A stretch of DNA of 26,438 nucleotides from a virus (taxonomy: Duplodnaviria; Caudoviricetes), in IMG/VR virus record IMGVR_UViG_3300020045_001408, positions 1 to 26,438 of that record. One strand, given 5' to 3'. The position numbers were made by a program, and so were the translations under genes. Below the pieces are notes generated by a model that was not told where the DNA came from, did not search any database, and worked only from the letters and a program-made list of their open reading frames with translations. This document shows positions 8,507-16,924 of the stretch, piece after piece. The stretch's first letter is position 1. Every line of letters begins with the position of its first letter.

Positions 8507-8550
8507 TGCGTAACCTCATAAGCCACAATTGGCTGGGTCCATTATATAAC

Positions 8551-8581
8551 AAAACGCCCCGGCCCTCATAAGGCCGGGGCG
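8551..8581 (-). terminator. Intrinsic terminator
   Basis: 10-bp GC stem CGCCCCGGCC/GGCCGGGGCG followed by TTTTGTT on the minus strand. Confidence 0.85.
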
Positions 8582-8585
8582 CTTC

Positions 8586-8753
8586 TTACTTCGCTACAAA
8601 CTGTCTCATTTCAGATACGGCTAGGCGAATTATTTCACCACCATTATCGCTTTTGAGAAATTCAAGAATTTTGTCCAGATTTTCGCTAACAAATTCTTGA
8701 TCCACTTCATTAAGCTGATCGCCGATAATCTGCGTAAGTAGCGCGGCCAGCAT
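8586..8753 (-). CDS. Small acidic helical partner protein (55 aa)
   Basis: Not in the ORF track. MLAALLTQIIGDQLNEVDQEFVSENLDKILEFLKSDNGGEIIRLAVSEMRQFVAK; ATG abuts the upstream stop (TAAATG) and the ORF ends just before the terminator. Confidence 0.8.
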   Translation of the reverse strand: MLAALLTQIIGDQLNEVDQEFVSENLDKILEFLKSDNGGEIIRLAVSEMRQFVAK

Positions 8754-9737
8754 TTAACCGACCTTGGTATTTGCAGCGGACTGGCTACCCGAGTCGCGCA
8801 TAGAGCCGCTATTGAAAATTACCTGCCCTTGCTTCACCGTCTGGATGTCGCCGGACAGGTTCTGCACCAGTGCGGCCAGCTGGATGATGGCCTGAGACTG
8901 GGCCTGCGCCTGATTTTGCGCTTGGATGGCTTGGGCTGTGTTTGTATTGGTGCTGGTCACATTGATTTCAACTTCACGATTACGAGCGGTCAGGCGGTCT
9001 TCCAATGCGCGGGACTCGCTCACTGTTAACTGACGCTGTAAATTGGAAATTTCATTCGAGGTGATCAGGGCGCGGGTCTTCTCGCCGTCTGCATTGACTG
9101 CAGTAACGATGGCGTATTGAGCGTCCTTAGTGGCGGTCAAGTTGGCAACGCCGTATGCAGCAATGCTTTCCTTGATCGAGCTTTGGCCGGCAAGTGCAGT
9201 GGCAATCGAGTCGCTTATATTTTTGTTCAGGATTGCTTGACCGGCAACAATCGCAGTTTGATTGATGTTTGCCTGAGTAGTCAAATCGGACTGTACGCCG
9301 GCCAGTGCAAGTTGAACCTGGCCTTCTGCCAGCGGAACCGAAGCTTTGATATCGCCAAGAGTCTGAATGACGGTTGTGTTTTGCAGAGTATCAGTTACAC
9401 CAGCAAGGGCCGCGGTCAGATTTGCAGGGGTAACGAATCCTTCTGCGCCAGCTACCGCAGCTGCACGGTTAACGCCTAAGCCATTCCCGCCCAGCAATGC
9501 GCCGCCCAATACACCGCCCAATAACCCGGCCCCAAGGCCAGTACCCATGCCGCCGCCTTGATTGCCACCAGCCAACAGTGCCGGAATAATTGCATCCATC
9601 GAACCACCTTCCTTTTTTTTGAAAATATTTAATTTTTCGATCTTATGACCGACGTGCTTAATCTCGCTTTTGACCTCTTCCGCCCGTTCTGCCGACCGGT
9701 TTTCATGATCTGAAAGCGTTAAATTTGGCTCGAACAT
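8754..9737 (-). CDS. Glycine-zipper / long coiled-coil protein of unknown function
   Basis: GxxxG run (GTGLGAGLLGGVLGGALLGG), A/Q/N/T-rich helical body, 'DGEKTRALI', Q/N-rich tail. SD GAGG before ATG 9737; second SD plus ATG at 9599. Confidence 0.85.
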   Translation of the reverse strand: MFEPNLTLSDHENRSAERAEEVKSEIKHVGHKIEKLNIFKKKEGGSMDAIIPALLAGGNQGGGMGTGLGAGLLGGVLGGALLGGNGLGVNRAAAVAGAEGFVTPANLTAALAGVTDTLQNTTVIQTLGDIKASVPLAEGQVQLALAGVQSDLTTQANINQTAIVAGQAILNKNISDSIATALAGQSSIKESIAAYGVANLTATKDAQYAIVTAVNADGEKTRALITSNEISNLQRQLTVSESRALEDRLTARNREVEINVTSTNTNTAQAIQAQNQAQAQSQAIIQLAALVQNLSGDIQTVKQGQVIFNSGSMRDSGSQSAANTKVG

Positions 9738-9756
9738 CGCCACGCCTCACTTGAGT

Positions 9757-9772
9757 TGCTGAACATTCAGCA
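9757..9772. promoter_or_regulatory. Inverted repeat, candidate operator
   Basis: TGCTGAA-CA-TTCAGCA in the intergenic gap between divergent genes. Confidence 0.45.
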
Positions 9773-9837
9773 GGTAAAATTATGAAGCGGGTAATGCAAT
9801 GCAAAATCAAACGATTCGAATATAGGGTGCGGAATCA

Positions 9838-10020
9838 ATGCGAGGAGGAAAGAGAGATGGGGCAGGACGCAAGCCAATAGACGGGGATTCAGCTATGGCT
9901 ACTTATCAGGCAAGACTGACCGGCAGGCAAGCAAGAAAGGCTAGGCGGATTGGCGAGGGCAATGTTAGCGAGGGGGTGAGACGGGCTATTGACGGACATA
10001 AAGAAAAACCGCCTGATTGA
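9838..10020 (+). CDS. Small DNA-binding protein (RGGxRxGAGRK arm plus ribbon-helix-helix-like region)
   Basis: MRGGKRDGAGRKP arm, strand TYQARLT, helix, then 'GNVSEGVRRAI'; ends in a terminator. Confidence 0.75.
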   Translation: MRGGKRDGAGRKPIDGDSAMATYQARLTGRQARKARRIGEGNVSEGVRRAIDGHKEKPPD

Positions 10021-10030
10021 GGCGGTTTTT
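10004..10030. terminator. Bidirectional intrinsic terminator
   Basis: AAAAACCGCCT-GATTG-AGGCGGTTTTT. Confidence 0.85.
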
Positions 10031-10032
10031 AT

Positions 10033-12231
10033 TTACTCAGTCCAAGTATTATCGACCGTGATAATTGCAATCCATGGCATTCCCGTCTTAGCAATTCCGG
10101 GAATAAATTCAGTTTGTGCGCCCACCGCATTCCACGTTGACAGCTCCTTGCGCTCAGTCGTTCTTACCGCAGGATCTGGTACGCCTTCGCCCCAGATTGA
10201 AACTGATACGCCAATTACGCTATGTGAATTTACCCCTTCCGGCCAGCGGATCTGCCCCGTTGCATGAGAGCCTTTTACCAGTGACTGCAAGAAGCCGGTT
10301 ACCTTATACTGCTGCGTTGGCATTCCTTTGAATAGATCTTCTTTGATTCCGCTGTGATAGACAAGCTCCTTGGTTAGAGGCGCGGCAACGATACTACACC
10401 AAGACCAATCACCGGCCTTAGATAGCCGAGTCTTTATTTGATTCCCTTCAGCATCCCGGACTTCCATCTGCAGTATCGGCAGCATGGCATCCCGCTCACT
10501 TTCTGTAATCATGGCCGGCGTAGGAAAATCAAATGTCACCTGCCACGACCAAGGGTCTGTCTGGTAGATTCGGGCGCCGGTCATCTTGCCGCTATACACG
10601 GTGTATAGCTCTGAGATATTCCTGCCCTGCTCAATTGTGATGAACAATCTTTCCAAGTCTGCCTGTTTTAGCTCCTGATCCGGCACAAATGTCATGGACA
10701 GAATTGCTCGCGGCGTTTCGCTTGGTATCTGCCAGCGACTCTGTACTGTTGGGCGCATGTCGAGGGGGCCTAGGGGCTCAATCCCATCGGCTTGGTGTGG
10801 ATACCAGTAGCAAGGATGCCCGTAGATAGGATCTTTGCCCTTCGTCAGTACGATGGATGACACGATTGGGTTATAGCGAAGCCTTGTTTCCGGATCGACA
10901 AACTGAATATCACGCCCAATATTTGCCAGCCGCGCATCCTCAAACTTGTCCGGGAATGCCGGCATATCCAGAAACTGTGGGCTAACGGACTTCGCATCAA
11001 GATTGTTGAGCATGTTTGTCAGGGTCGGATAGTCAATCGGTGCACCAATCGTCTCCATGTTTAGCATGGCGTCACCCGTCCACAGCATTAGCGGCTTACC
11101 TTCACCCTCCTTTACAAAGGTTGCCGGCAGTAGCCGCACGGGGTCTATGTCGCTCTCTGCCATTCCTTTAACGCAGCCAATTAGCGTAGATCGTTCCATG
11201 AATAAGCAGTTAACGCTGCTTCTGGCTAGTACGCCATACTTCTGGTCTTCATACGCCTTTAGCTCGATTGGCTGGCTAACCATTAGTGTAACAACTAGCC
11301 TCTCTTCTCGCAGTAGTGGCATCGGGATATCTGGCGTTAATGCAACCTCACCCATGTCGGCCGTTAGTCTGAATTTTGGATCGTATTCGCCAACCTTCCA
11401 TGCCTCCAAGTTCTGCATACTGTAATACAGCTCGTCAGTTTTAGGGTGGCGAATAGTGACGTTGTAGGCCACGTCTTTGCATGGCTTAAGAAGCGTAACC
11501 GTTAGGATGCGCATTAGAAATTCTACGCCACGCGGACACTCTGCAAGCCATTGAAACTCAGTGCTGGCTATTGAAGTCTCAGGCGAGCCCGCCCCAAACT
11601 CCATAACATACCCGCTCTTCCCTGACTGGTCGTCATCCATAAGTCGTAGCTGAGTAGTCCCCGGCCTGCTGGTGGCAACAATGGTTCCTTCTTCGCACAG
11701 ATAGTTGCCTACAGTCACGGATAGCCCGTCGCCACTTGGTGACATGCGCAATGCGTTGAATTCGCCCTTCTCTGGCTTCTGGTATCGGATGCCGCCCATC
11801 GACTCCCAGAAATCAAAATGATCCGTGCTTAGCGAGCCAATAACAAAGACAGTGCGATCAGTGCCTGATGCCGTATCTTTCTTTGCAATTTCCAGCTTGT
11901 TTTCGGTATTTTTCCGGTAAAGATACGGCTCTGGAAGGATTAATTCCGGTGCGATTATTGTGCCGTCCTTTCCTTTTTCGCCACTCTTTCCGTCCGCTCC
12001 AGTCTTGCCATCTGAGCCATTTTTTCCATCGTTACCCGGCAATCCATTGGCCCCGTCTTTCCCGTCCTTTCCGTCTCGGCCCGAAGTTCCATCTAGTCCA
12101 TTTTTACCAGTCGGGCCGGCATCTCCCTTTGCTCCGTCTTTCCCATTTTTACCATCAATACCGTTTGCTCCGGCAAGCCCCGGTGGCCCCATTGGGCCGT
12201 CCCCATCTCCGTCAACTGGCTGGAATGACAT
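10033..12231 (-). CDS. Collagen-like fibre protein (732 aa)
   Basis: 27 uninterrupted G-X-Y triplets from residue 12, then ~640 aa of unassigned globular, beta-rich sequence. Confidence 0.85.
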   Translation of the reverse strand: MSFQPVDGDGDGPMGPPGLAGANGIDGKNGKDGAKGDAGPTGKNGLDGTSGRDGKDGKDGANGLPGNDGKNGSDGKTGADGKSGEKGKDGTIIAPELILPEPYLYRKNTENKLEIAKKDTASGTDRTVFVIGSLSTDHFDFWESMGGIRYQKPEKGEFNALRMSPSGDGLSVTVGNYLCEEGTIVATSRPGTTQLRLMDDDQSGKSGYVMEFGAGSPETSIASTEFQWLAECPRGVEFLMRILTVTLLKPCKDVAYNVTIRHPKTDELYYSMQNLEAWKVGEYDPKFRLTADMGEVALTPDIPMPLLREERLVVTLMVSQPIELKAYEDQKYGVLARSSVNCLFMERSTLIGCVKGMAESDIDPVRLLPATFVKEGEGKPLMLWTGDAMLNMETIGAPIDYPTLTNMLNNLDAKSVSPQFLDMPAFPDKFEDARLANIGRDIQFVDPETRLRYNPIVSSIVLTKGKDPIYGHPCYWYPHQADGIEPLGPLDMRPTVQSRWQIPSETPRAILSMTFVPDQELKQADLERLFITIEQGRNISELYTVYSGKMTGARIYQTDPWSWQVTFDFPTPAMITESERDAMLPILQMEVRDAEGNQIKTRLSKAGDWSWCSIVAAPLTKELVYHSGIKEDLFKGMPTQQYKVTGFLQSLVKGSHATGQIRWPEGVNSHSVIGVSVSIWGEGVPDPAVRTTERKELSTWNAVGAQTEFIPGIAKTGMPWIAIITVDNTWTE
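11956..12198 (-). repeat. Collagen G-X-Y repeat tract
   Basis: GPM GPP GLA GAN GID GKN GKD ... GEK GKD GTI. Confidence 0.9.
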
Positions 12232-12281
12232 AATGTTGCTCTTTTATTTGTATAGACAGAATATTTTACTCTAATACAAAG

Positions 12282-12307
12282 AAAAACCGCCATGACAGCG
12301 GTTTTTT
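12282..12307. terminator. Intrinsic terminator
   Basis: AAAAACCGC-CATGACA-GCGGTTTTTT. Confidence 0.8.
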
Positions 12308-12308
12308 A

Positions 12309-12605
12309 TTAAGCGATATCCCACAGCCCGGGCGGTCGTTCATCGGTGACAAACCGCTCAAACGATACCGGGATGGGCGCATCAGTCAGAATACGCACAC
12401 GCACCCACCAGCCGCCAAGGTCAACCGGCGGCGACAACAGGATGCCATTAGCGTCACGCACGGCCGGCGAGGAGATAATCCCCTGCACGAAAATTCCATA
12501 GTCAGCAGTAAAGCGAACCAGTGCGCCATCTTGGATCAATCCGGCAGCATCGGCCATTTCGACCGACACCGATTCGGATGGGAATTTTAGGACGTAGTCG
12601 ATCAT
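12309..12605 (-). CDS. Putative fibre assembly chaperone / accessory protein
   Basis: 98 aa, 'MIDYVLKFPSE...GWWVRVR'; coupled to the spike-fibre gene by an ATGA overlap. Confidence 0.6.
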   Translation of the reverse strand: MIDYVLKFPSESVSVEMADAAGLIQDGALVRFTADYGIFVQGIISSPAVRDANGILLSPPVDLGGWWVRVRILTDAPIPVSFERFVTDERPPGLWDIA

Positions 12606-13552
12606 GCTGAGGCCGTTTGCAGTTCTGCTGCTGAGTATTTGCGTGGGTAGTAGGGCAGGGAGAAGATGACAAGCGGCGTTACTCGGTTGCGTGTTCCGAT
12701 ATTCACAAAATCGGGCTTAGTAGTGTAGTCGGACGCCGATGATTCCGATGCAATAGATGCATTTTTGCTTACAGCAAAATACCCACCACTTGAGTATGAA
12801 AGGGCACCTTTGTTTGCTGCCCCGACATTGCTACCAGGCGCGGATGGCAGTCCATTGGCATACCATCCGTTATCAGTTCCTGGAGTAACTGAAAGCGCCA
12901 TGTATTTTGACGGTACTGCGTCCGAGCTAAATACTCTACCATCGTTTCCATGCGGGAGGTACTCACAAATAAATGTTCCCTCTGCCGCGTTGAATCCAAA
13001 TGCTGATGTGGCAATAGCAGGCGCATCGGGTGCACGGGTAGCTGCAGCCGATGTGGTAACAATGCGCGAGGTGGCCTTAGCCCCAGATTCAAGCTGCCAC
13101 TGAGTAACCGACCCGGAAACTGTCAGCGTCAACGTACCAGCAGTGGGCGTAAACGTGAACTCTTTCAGCGTGGCGCCAGTGCCGGCCACTACTCCCGCGA
13201 ACGCACCAGATAGCGTTACTGATCCAGTGCCGAAGAATGACAGGGTATAGGCCTGTGCGGTGACTGCCACGCTCATGGTCTGCGCTACTGCAGACGGGAA
13301 TAGTAGATTCGTCGCAGCAGGCTCAATCAGTAATCCGCGCTTAGCACCTACCCACTGATAGCGCGGCTCATTGACGGCAGCCTGAGAGAATACGCCCTGT
13401 GTAATCTCAGTCGTTCCTGCGCTGGCACGGGTAAATGTTGCGGACGGATGTAGTACGCCATTGGCTCCGACGATGTATTGAACCGCGTCAGGGCCGCCGC
13501 CACCGAAGTAGATCATTGGTTCGTCTTCTGTTTCGACAATGAAAAACGTCAT
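12602..13552 (-). CDS. Head spike/fibre-domain protein with probable C-terminal lectin-like beta-sandwich
   Basis: 'TFTRAS.GT', 'NEPR...GLLIEPAATNLL', 'QLESG..ATS.I.T..AAATR..D' motifs; start MTFFIVE at 13552 (ATGA overlap). Confidence 0.75.
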   Translation of the reverse strand: MTFFIVETEDEPMIYFGGGGPDAVQYIVGANGVLHPSATFTRASAGTTEITQGVFSQAAVNEPRYQWVGAKRGLLIEPAATNLLFPSAVAQTMSVAVTAQAYTLSFFGTGSVTLSGAFAGVVAGTGATLKEFTFTPTAGTLTLTVSGSVTQWQLESGAKATSRIVTTSAAATRAPDAPAIATSAFGFNAAEGTFICEYLPHGNDGRVFSSDAVPSKYMALSVTPGTDNGWYANGLPSAPGSNVGAANKGALSYSSGGYFAVSKNASIASESSASDYTTKPDFVNIGTRNRVTPLVIFSLPYYPRKYSAAELQTASA

Positions 13553-13818
13553 ACGGATACCGCTACACTGAGATTGCCGCCCGATGTGGACATGGCCCAC
13601 GCGCCGGGGTCAGATGCCTGGTTGACTGCCGACCGTGCGAATGGGATGGCGTTAAACCCGTCTGCAGAAGTGGGCGTGGTCGCCTTGGAACATAGCCGCA
13701 CATAAGACGGGGTCAGATTCTGCACGATAATCTTAGTGCCGACTGCAATGCCCGTGGCCGCGTACAGATTGACCCATACACCCTCGGCCAGTGTCACGTT
13801 AGGTAATGATGTAGCCAT
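13549..13818 (-). CDS. Small beta-rich virion protein (candidate capsid decoration or fibre base)
   Basis: 89 aa 'WVNLYAATGIAVGTKIIVQN'; coupled to the spike-fibre gene. Confidence 0.6.
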   Translation of the reverse strand: MATSLPNVTLAEGVWVNLYAATGIAVGTKIIVQNLTPSYVRLCSKATTPTSADGFNAIPFARSAVNQASDPGAWAMSTSGGNLSVAVSV

Positions 13819-13836
13819 TATTTTGATCCATGTAGA

Positions 13837-13859
13837 AAGAGCCGCATTTAGCGGCTCTT
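13837..13859. terminator. Hairpin / weak terminator
   Basis: AAGAGCCGC-ATTTA-GCGGCTCTT. Confidence 0.6.
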
Positions 13860-13868
13860 AGTGGTTAT

Positions 13869-14183
13869 TTATGCAGCCTTATCAATCTCGGACTGAAGCT
13901 TTGCGCGTGACCATCGATCACTTGGCTGGATGCCGAGTGCAATAGCCCGGTTTCGCAGCTCTTCCATCGGTACGCCGCCATCTTCTTCCGGCTCTTCTTC
14001 GATGACTTCGCCGACTTTGATTAGCTCGCCAATGGACAATAAGTTCTTCACGAAGTCGCAGGCCATGGATTTTTCCGGCACGGTAATTTCTTGACCGGGG
14101 GATACGAGGCCTTCGAGTTCTTCGCCGACGAATGGCACGATAATATTGCAGATGGCGTTATTTTTTAAAATGGTAAGCGTCAT
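13869..14183 (-). CDS. Capsid-associated protein with C-terminal HeH/Rho-N-like helical motif
   Basis: SD AGGA before ATG 14183; C-terminal 'EELRNRAIALGIQPSDRWSRAKLQSEI'; usual post-capsid position. Confidence 0.7.
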   Translation of the reverse strand: MTLTILKNNAICNIIVPFVGEELEGLVSPGQEITVPEKSMACDFVKNLLSIGELIKVGEVIEEEPEEDGGVPMEELRNRAIALGIQPSDRWSRAKLQSEIDKAA

Positions 14184-14207
14184 TTTCGTTCCTGTTTGCA
14201 TAAATTA

Positions 14208-14226
14208 GCGGGGCTATTAACCCCGC
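14208..14226 (-). terminator. Post-capsid hairpin (leaky terminator or mRNA stabiliser)
   Basis: GCGGGG-N7-CCCCGC right after the MCP stop, with a weak U-tract. Confidence 0.55.
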
Positions 14227-14231
14227 CAATA

Positions 14232-15263
14232 TTACAGCATATCGACGTATTGAGCACAAAGCGGGTATCGAATTTCGCTTCCTGAAATTTTATACTCGCA
14301 AGGAACCGTGATACCGAGGCCCAGCAATTGCGGCGCCAACATGCGGAACGGGATCGGCTTAGCCAGCGCCAAGTTACGCTCGCTCTTGTCGTAAACGATG
14401 TAGCGATCTTTATTGCCGTTCGATACGCCGGCCGCAGCCAGTTCGGTTGCCATCAGCTGGAAACGGATCTTGATATCAATCGGCTGCTTGGTCAGCAACG
14501 TGTAGGCATTGTTGATCTGGAAGTGTTCAATTACTGTGCGATCAGTGTAGCCAGTCATCAACAGAGCCGACGCACGTTTCCACAGATCAGGGAACATCAG
14601 AACGGTGTTAGGTGTGTGGAAGCGTTTGGATGCTTTCACTACTGCAAACACCGGGTTGTTCAGCAGATCAAACAATTCCTGACCGGTACAAGTCGCGTAA
14701 TTGACGATTGCGCTGGTCTTGGTCACGTTCGGGTTATTCAGCAGGCCAGCCATATTGCGGCCGGTGTCACCAAAGTACGCCACGCGCTGTGAATGCTCTT
14801 CGGAGCCACGGAAGGCTAATTCTGCCTGCATGGAATCAATCGGCATGTTGACGGCTGCAGTGGTGCGCAGTTCGTCCAGGCTGTAATGACACTCAACGCC
14901 AGCGTAACCCAATTCAACCTGGTGAAGCTTGGCGGACTGAGCTACACGCGGGAGGTCGGACGCATTGGCAGAGATAAACTTGCCCATTGCCGCGCCATCA
15001 TAGGAGCGATAATTCCAGTGAGTCGCGTACTCAGGAATGTTAGCCAGTACAGGCACGTCTTCAAGATAGGTGATGTCGGCATACGGAACTTCGTAGACCG
15101 TAGTTTCAAGTGAGGCCAATTGGCTGATGTAATACGCCGCGCCGCCGTCTGCATCCAGAACAGCTTTAGGTACGGCAATCGCGCCATTCGAATCAAGAAA
15201 CTTTTTTAACCACGGATTGCCGGCCTTTGTCTGGGCGTCAATCACAACCATTGTCTTATCCAT
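14232..15263 (-). CDS. Major capsid protein (DUF2184 family, HK97 fold)
   Basis: 'QLASLETTVYEVPY', 'YSLDEL', 'VAYFGD....AGLLNNPNV', 'G.EIRYP' motifs. Confidence 0.92.
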   Translation of the reverse strand: MDKTMVVIDAQTKAGNPWLKKFLDSNGAIAVPKAVLDADGGAAYYISQLASLETTVYEVPYADITYLEDVPVLANIPEYATHWNYRSYDGAAMGKFISANASDLPRVAQSAKLHQVELGYAGVECHYSLDELRTTAAVNMPIDSMQAELAFRGSEEHSQRVAYFGDTGRNMAGLLNNPNVTKTSAIVNYATCTGQELFDLLNNPVFAVVKASKRFHTPNTVLMFPDLWKRASALLMTGYTDRTVIEHFQINNAYTLLTKQPIDIKIRFQLMATELAAAGVSNGNKDRYIVYDKSERNLALAKPIPFRMLAPQLLGLGITVPCEYKISGSEIRYPLCAQYVDML

Positions 15264-15264
15264 A

Positions 15265-15765
15265 TTAACCACCCACTACGAATGAAAGTTTTACGATGCT
15301 GCCAGCCGCGCCGCCAGTCAGGAACTTTGCGCCCGGGATAGCAACAGCAGCGGTTGCGCCAGTGCCTGCCGACTTAGCGAAGTCACCCAGACCAGTTGCG
15401 CCCACGCGGAAGAACGCAGGATCACGGGCATTGACAGCCTCTGCAGCAATTACCCAGATAGTGCCCACGGTAATGACAGAGAAATCTTTGTCAGTCACAG
15501 CGCCAAACGTATCGGTGGCCAGATAGGAGCGATTCAGCTCACGGACTGCCACGCCGATGAAGTCAGCCGCAACGCTGGCCGATGTTGGCAACTTAGCGCC
15601 TTGTTCGGCATCGGCAGCATCAGCTACCACGGCTTTACCGTAGCCAATGATGGCGGTGTCGTTGTTTAGTTTGCTGACGATATTGCAGACTTGATCATCT
15701 GCAACCATACCCACAAACGCGGGATTGTGATTTAGGCCATATGTGGCCTGTACGATACCAGTCAT
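15265..15765 (-). CDS. Head decoration / cement protein
   Basis: 166 aa Ala/Gly/Val-rich, 'IGYGKAVV', 'FIGVAVR', 'GTIWV'; lies between the protease and the MCP. Confidence 0.8.
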   Translation of the reverse strand: MTGIVQATYGLNHNPAFVGMVADDQVCNIVSKLNNDTAIIGYGKAVVADAADAEQGAKLPTSASVAADFIGVAVRELNRSYLATDTFGAVTDKDFSVITVGTIWVIAAEAVNARDPAFFRVGATGLGDFAKSAGTGATAAVAIPGAKFLTGGAAGSIVKLSFVVGG

Positions 15766-16886
15766 TATTTAACCCCTTTGCCGGTGCGTTTATTTAGTGC
15801 AGCTTGTGCGCGTGACAGGATTGGTGCAGCGTCTTTATTGATTACGCCGCCTGCTGCATCTTTCGCAAACTGAGCGTACGAGTCGGCCGACTTCTTTTCT
15901 TTGTCTTCGTCGTCTTCGTCGTCTTCTTTGTCATTTTCAGCATCATAGGCAGACAGAACGTAATCTTTACTCTTGTCGGCCCATGCGCGTTTAGTGAATC
16001 GCTCAGCCAGCGCCGCACGTTTAATTTCCAGCTCATTCATGCTGTCACATGAAAAATTCTTGTTGCCGGAAACTTTCTTGGCTGATTGCATGGTTGTTGC
16101 GATGGCCTTGACGCGCTCAGCAATAGCGGAATCAGAAGACTTTTTCTTCTCTTCTTCCAGCTCTTCTTCTGCTGCGTCCTTAGCCGCTTCCATCTTTTCT
16201 TTCTCTTCGTCAGCGTCTTTTACGCGCTTCGTGAGTCGGTCGAATGCGTCGGCGATTACTGTAGCGTTAGCAGCATCAGCCACATCAACACTACGCCCTG
16301 AGTCTAAAACAATGTGTACGGGCATTTTATTGCCTCCTGTGGTTTTGCTACTGTCGAAAATCTTTGCTTGTGGGCCTGCTCGGGCCCTGTCTACCAGCGC
16401 AACATGGTTCACGCGGATAAACGTCTGGCTCATATCGTATTTCTCGCCCTCCGGAGTCACGCCGGCTTCATCTTTGTAGATGGCGGTGTAGCCTACTGAC
16501 AGCTCGACCTTGCCTGCCAGAATAGCGTCAATAGCGACTTGATCTTTGACGATCAAGTCACATCGCACAAACTCGCCGTCTTGGGATGCGCCCGCCTTGA
16601 CTGTACCGGCAGAAACTTGTTTGTAGTTCTCAGAGTTAACGAGTCCGGCAGGGTGTTCTATAGTAACGTCACTGCCATCGAAGGAAGCGAGAGAGTCGGG
16701 CGAGAATACTTCGGAAGCTGGGCGATAAACTCGGACGATGTTGTTATGATTCAGTCCAAGCTCAGAGCCTAGGTACTCCTGAATGCCGGTGCGAGCAACA
16801 TGGCCCGGCACTCGCAGGAATCCTTCGTCAGTAATCTGGCGCTCCGTGATAGCGTAGCGCTGCTTATCATATGTGACAATATTCAT
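15765..16886 (-). CDS. Prohead protease/scaffold (DUF2213 family)
   Basis: 'VARTGIQEY', 'VTIEHP', 'ELSVGY', 'NHVALVDRARAG' followed by an acidic coiled-coil scaffold. Confidence 0.92.
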   Translation of the reverse strand: MNIVTYDKQRYAITERQITDEGFLRVPGHVARTGIQEYLGSELGLNHNNIVRVYRPASEVFSPDSLASFDGSDVTIEHPAGLVNSENYKQVSAGTVKAGASQDGEFVRCDLIVKDQVAIDAILAGKVELSVGYTAIYKDEAGVTPEGEKYDMSQTFIRVNHVALVDRARAGPQAKIFDSSKTTGGNKMPVHIVLDSGRSVDVADAANATVIADAFDRLTKRVKDADEEKEKMEAAKDAAEEELEEEKKKSSDSAIAERVKAIATTMQSAKKVSGNKNFSCDSMNELEIKRAALAERFTKRAWADKSKDYVLSAYDAENDKEDDEDDEDKEKKSADSYAQFAKDAAGGVINKDAAPILSRAQAALNKRTGKGVK

Positions 16887-16892
16887 GCGTAT

Positions 16893-16921
16893 AGTCTAAA
16901 TGTTATTACAGGGAGTTGCAA
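16893..16921 (-). promoter_or_regulatory. sigma70-type promoter, probably leaderless transcript for the protease/capsid operon
   Basis: Minus strand TTGCAA-17 nt-TAGACT-6 nt-ATG; no SD. Confidence 0.55.
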
Positions 16922-16924
16922 ATA

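Noticed and set aside
9989-10017. Fifth copy of the promoter motif (TTGACGGAC)
   Set aside because: Lacks GCGGCA and a -10 at 17 nt; lies inside a CDS just before a terminator.
11868-12274. Pro/Phe/Ser-rich plus-strand ORFs
   Set aside because: Antisense shadows of the collagen G-X-Y codons.
309-16772. Numerous 60-170 aa plus-strand ORFs opposite structural genes (e.g. 1331..1663, 3316..3723, 14328..14792, 15973..16479)
   Set aside because: Fully antisense to well-supported genes, with no SD or promoter; typical shadow ORFs.
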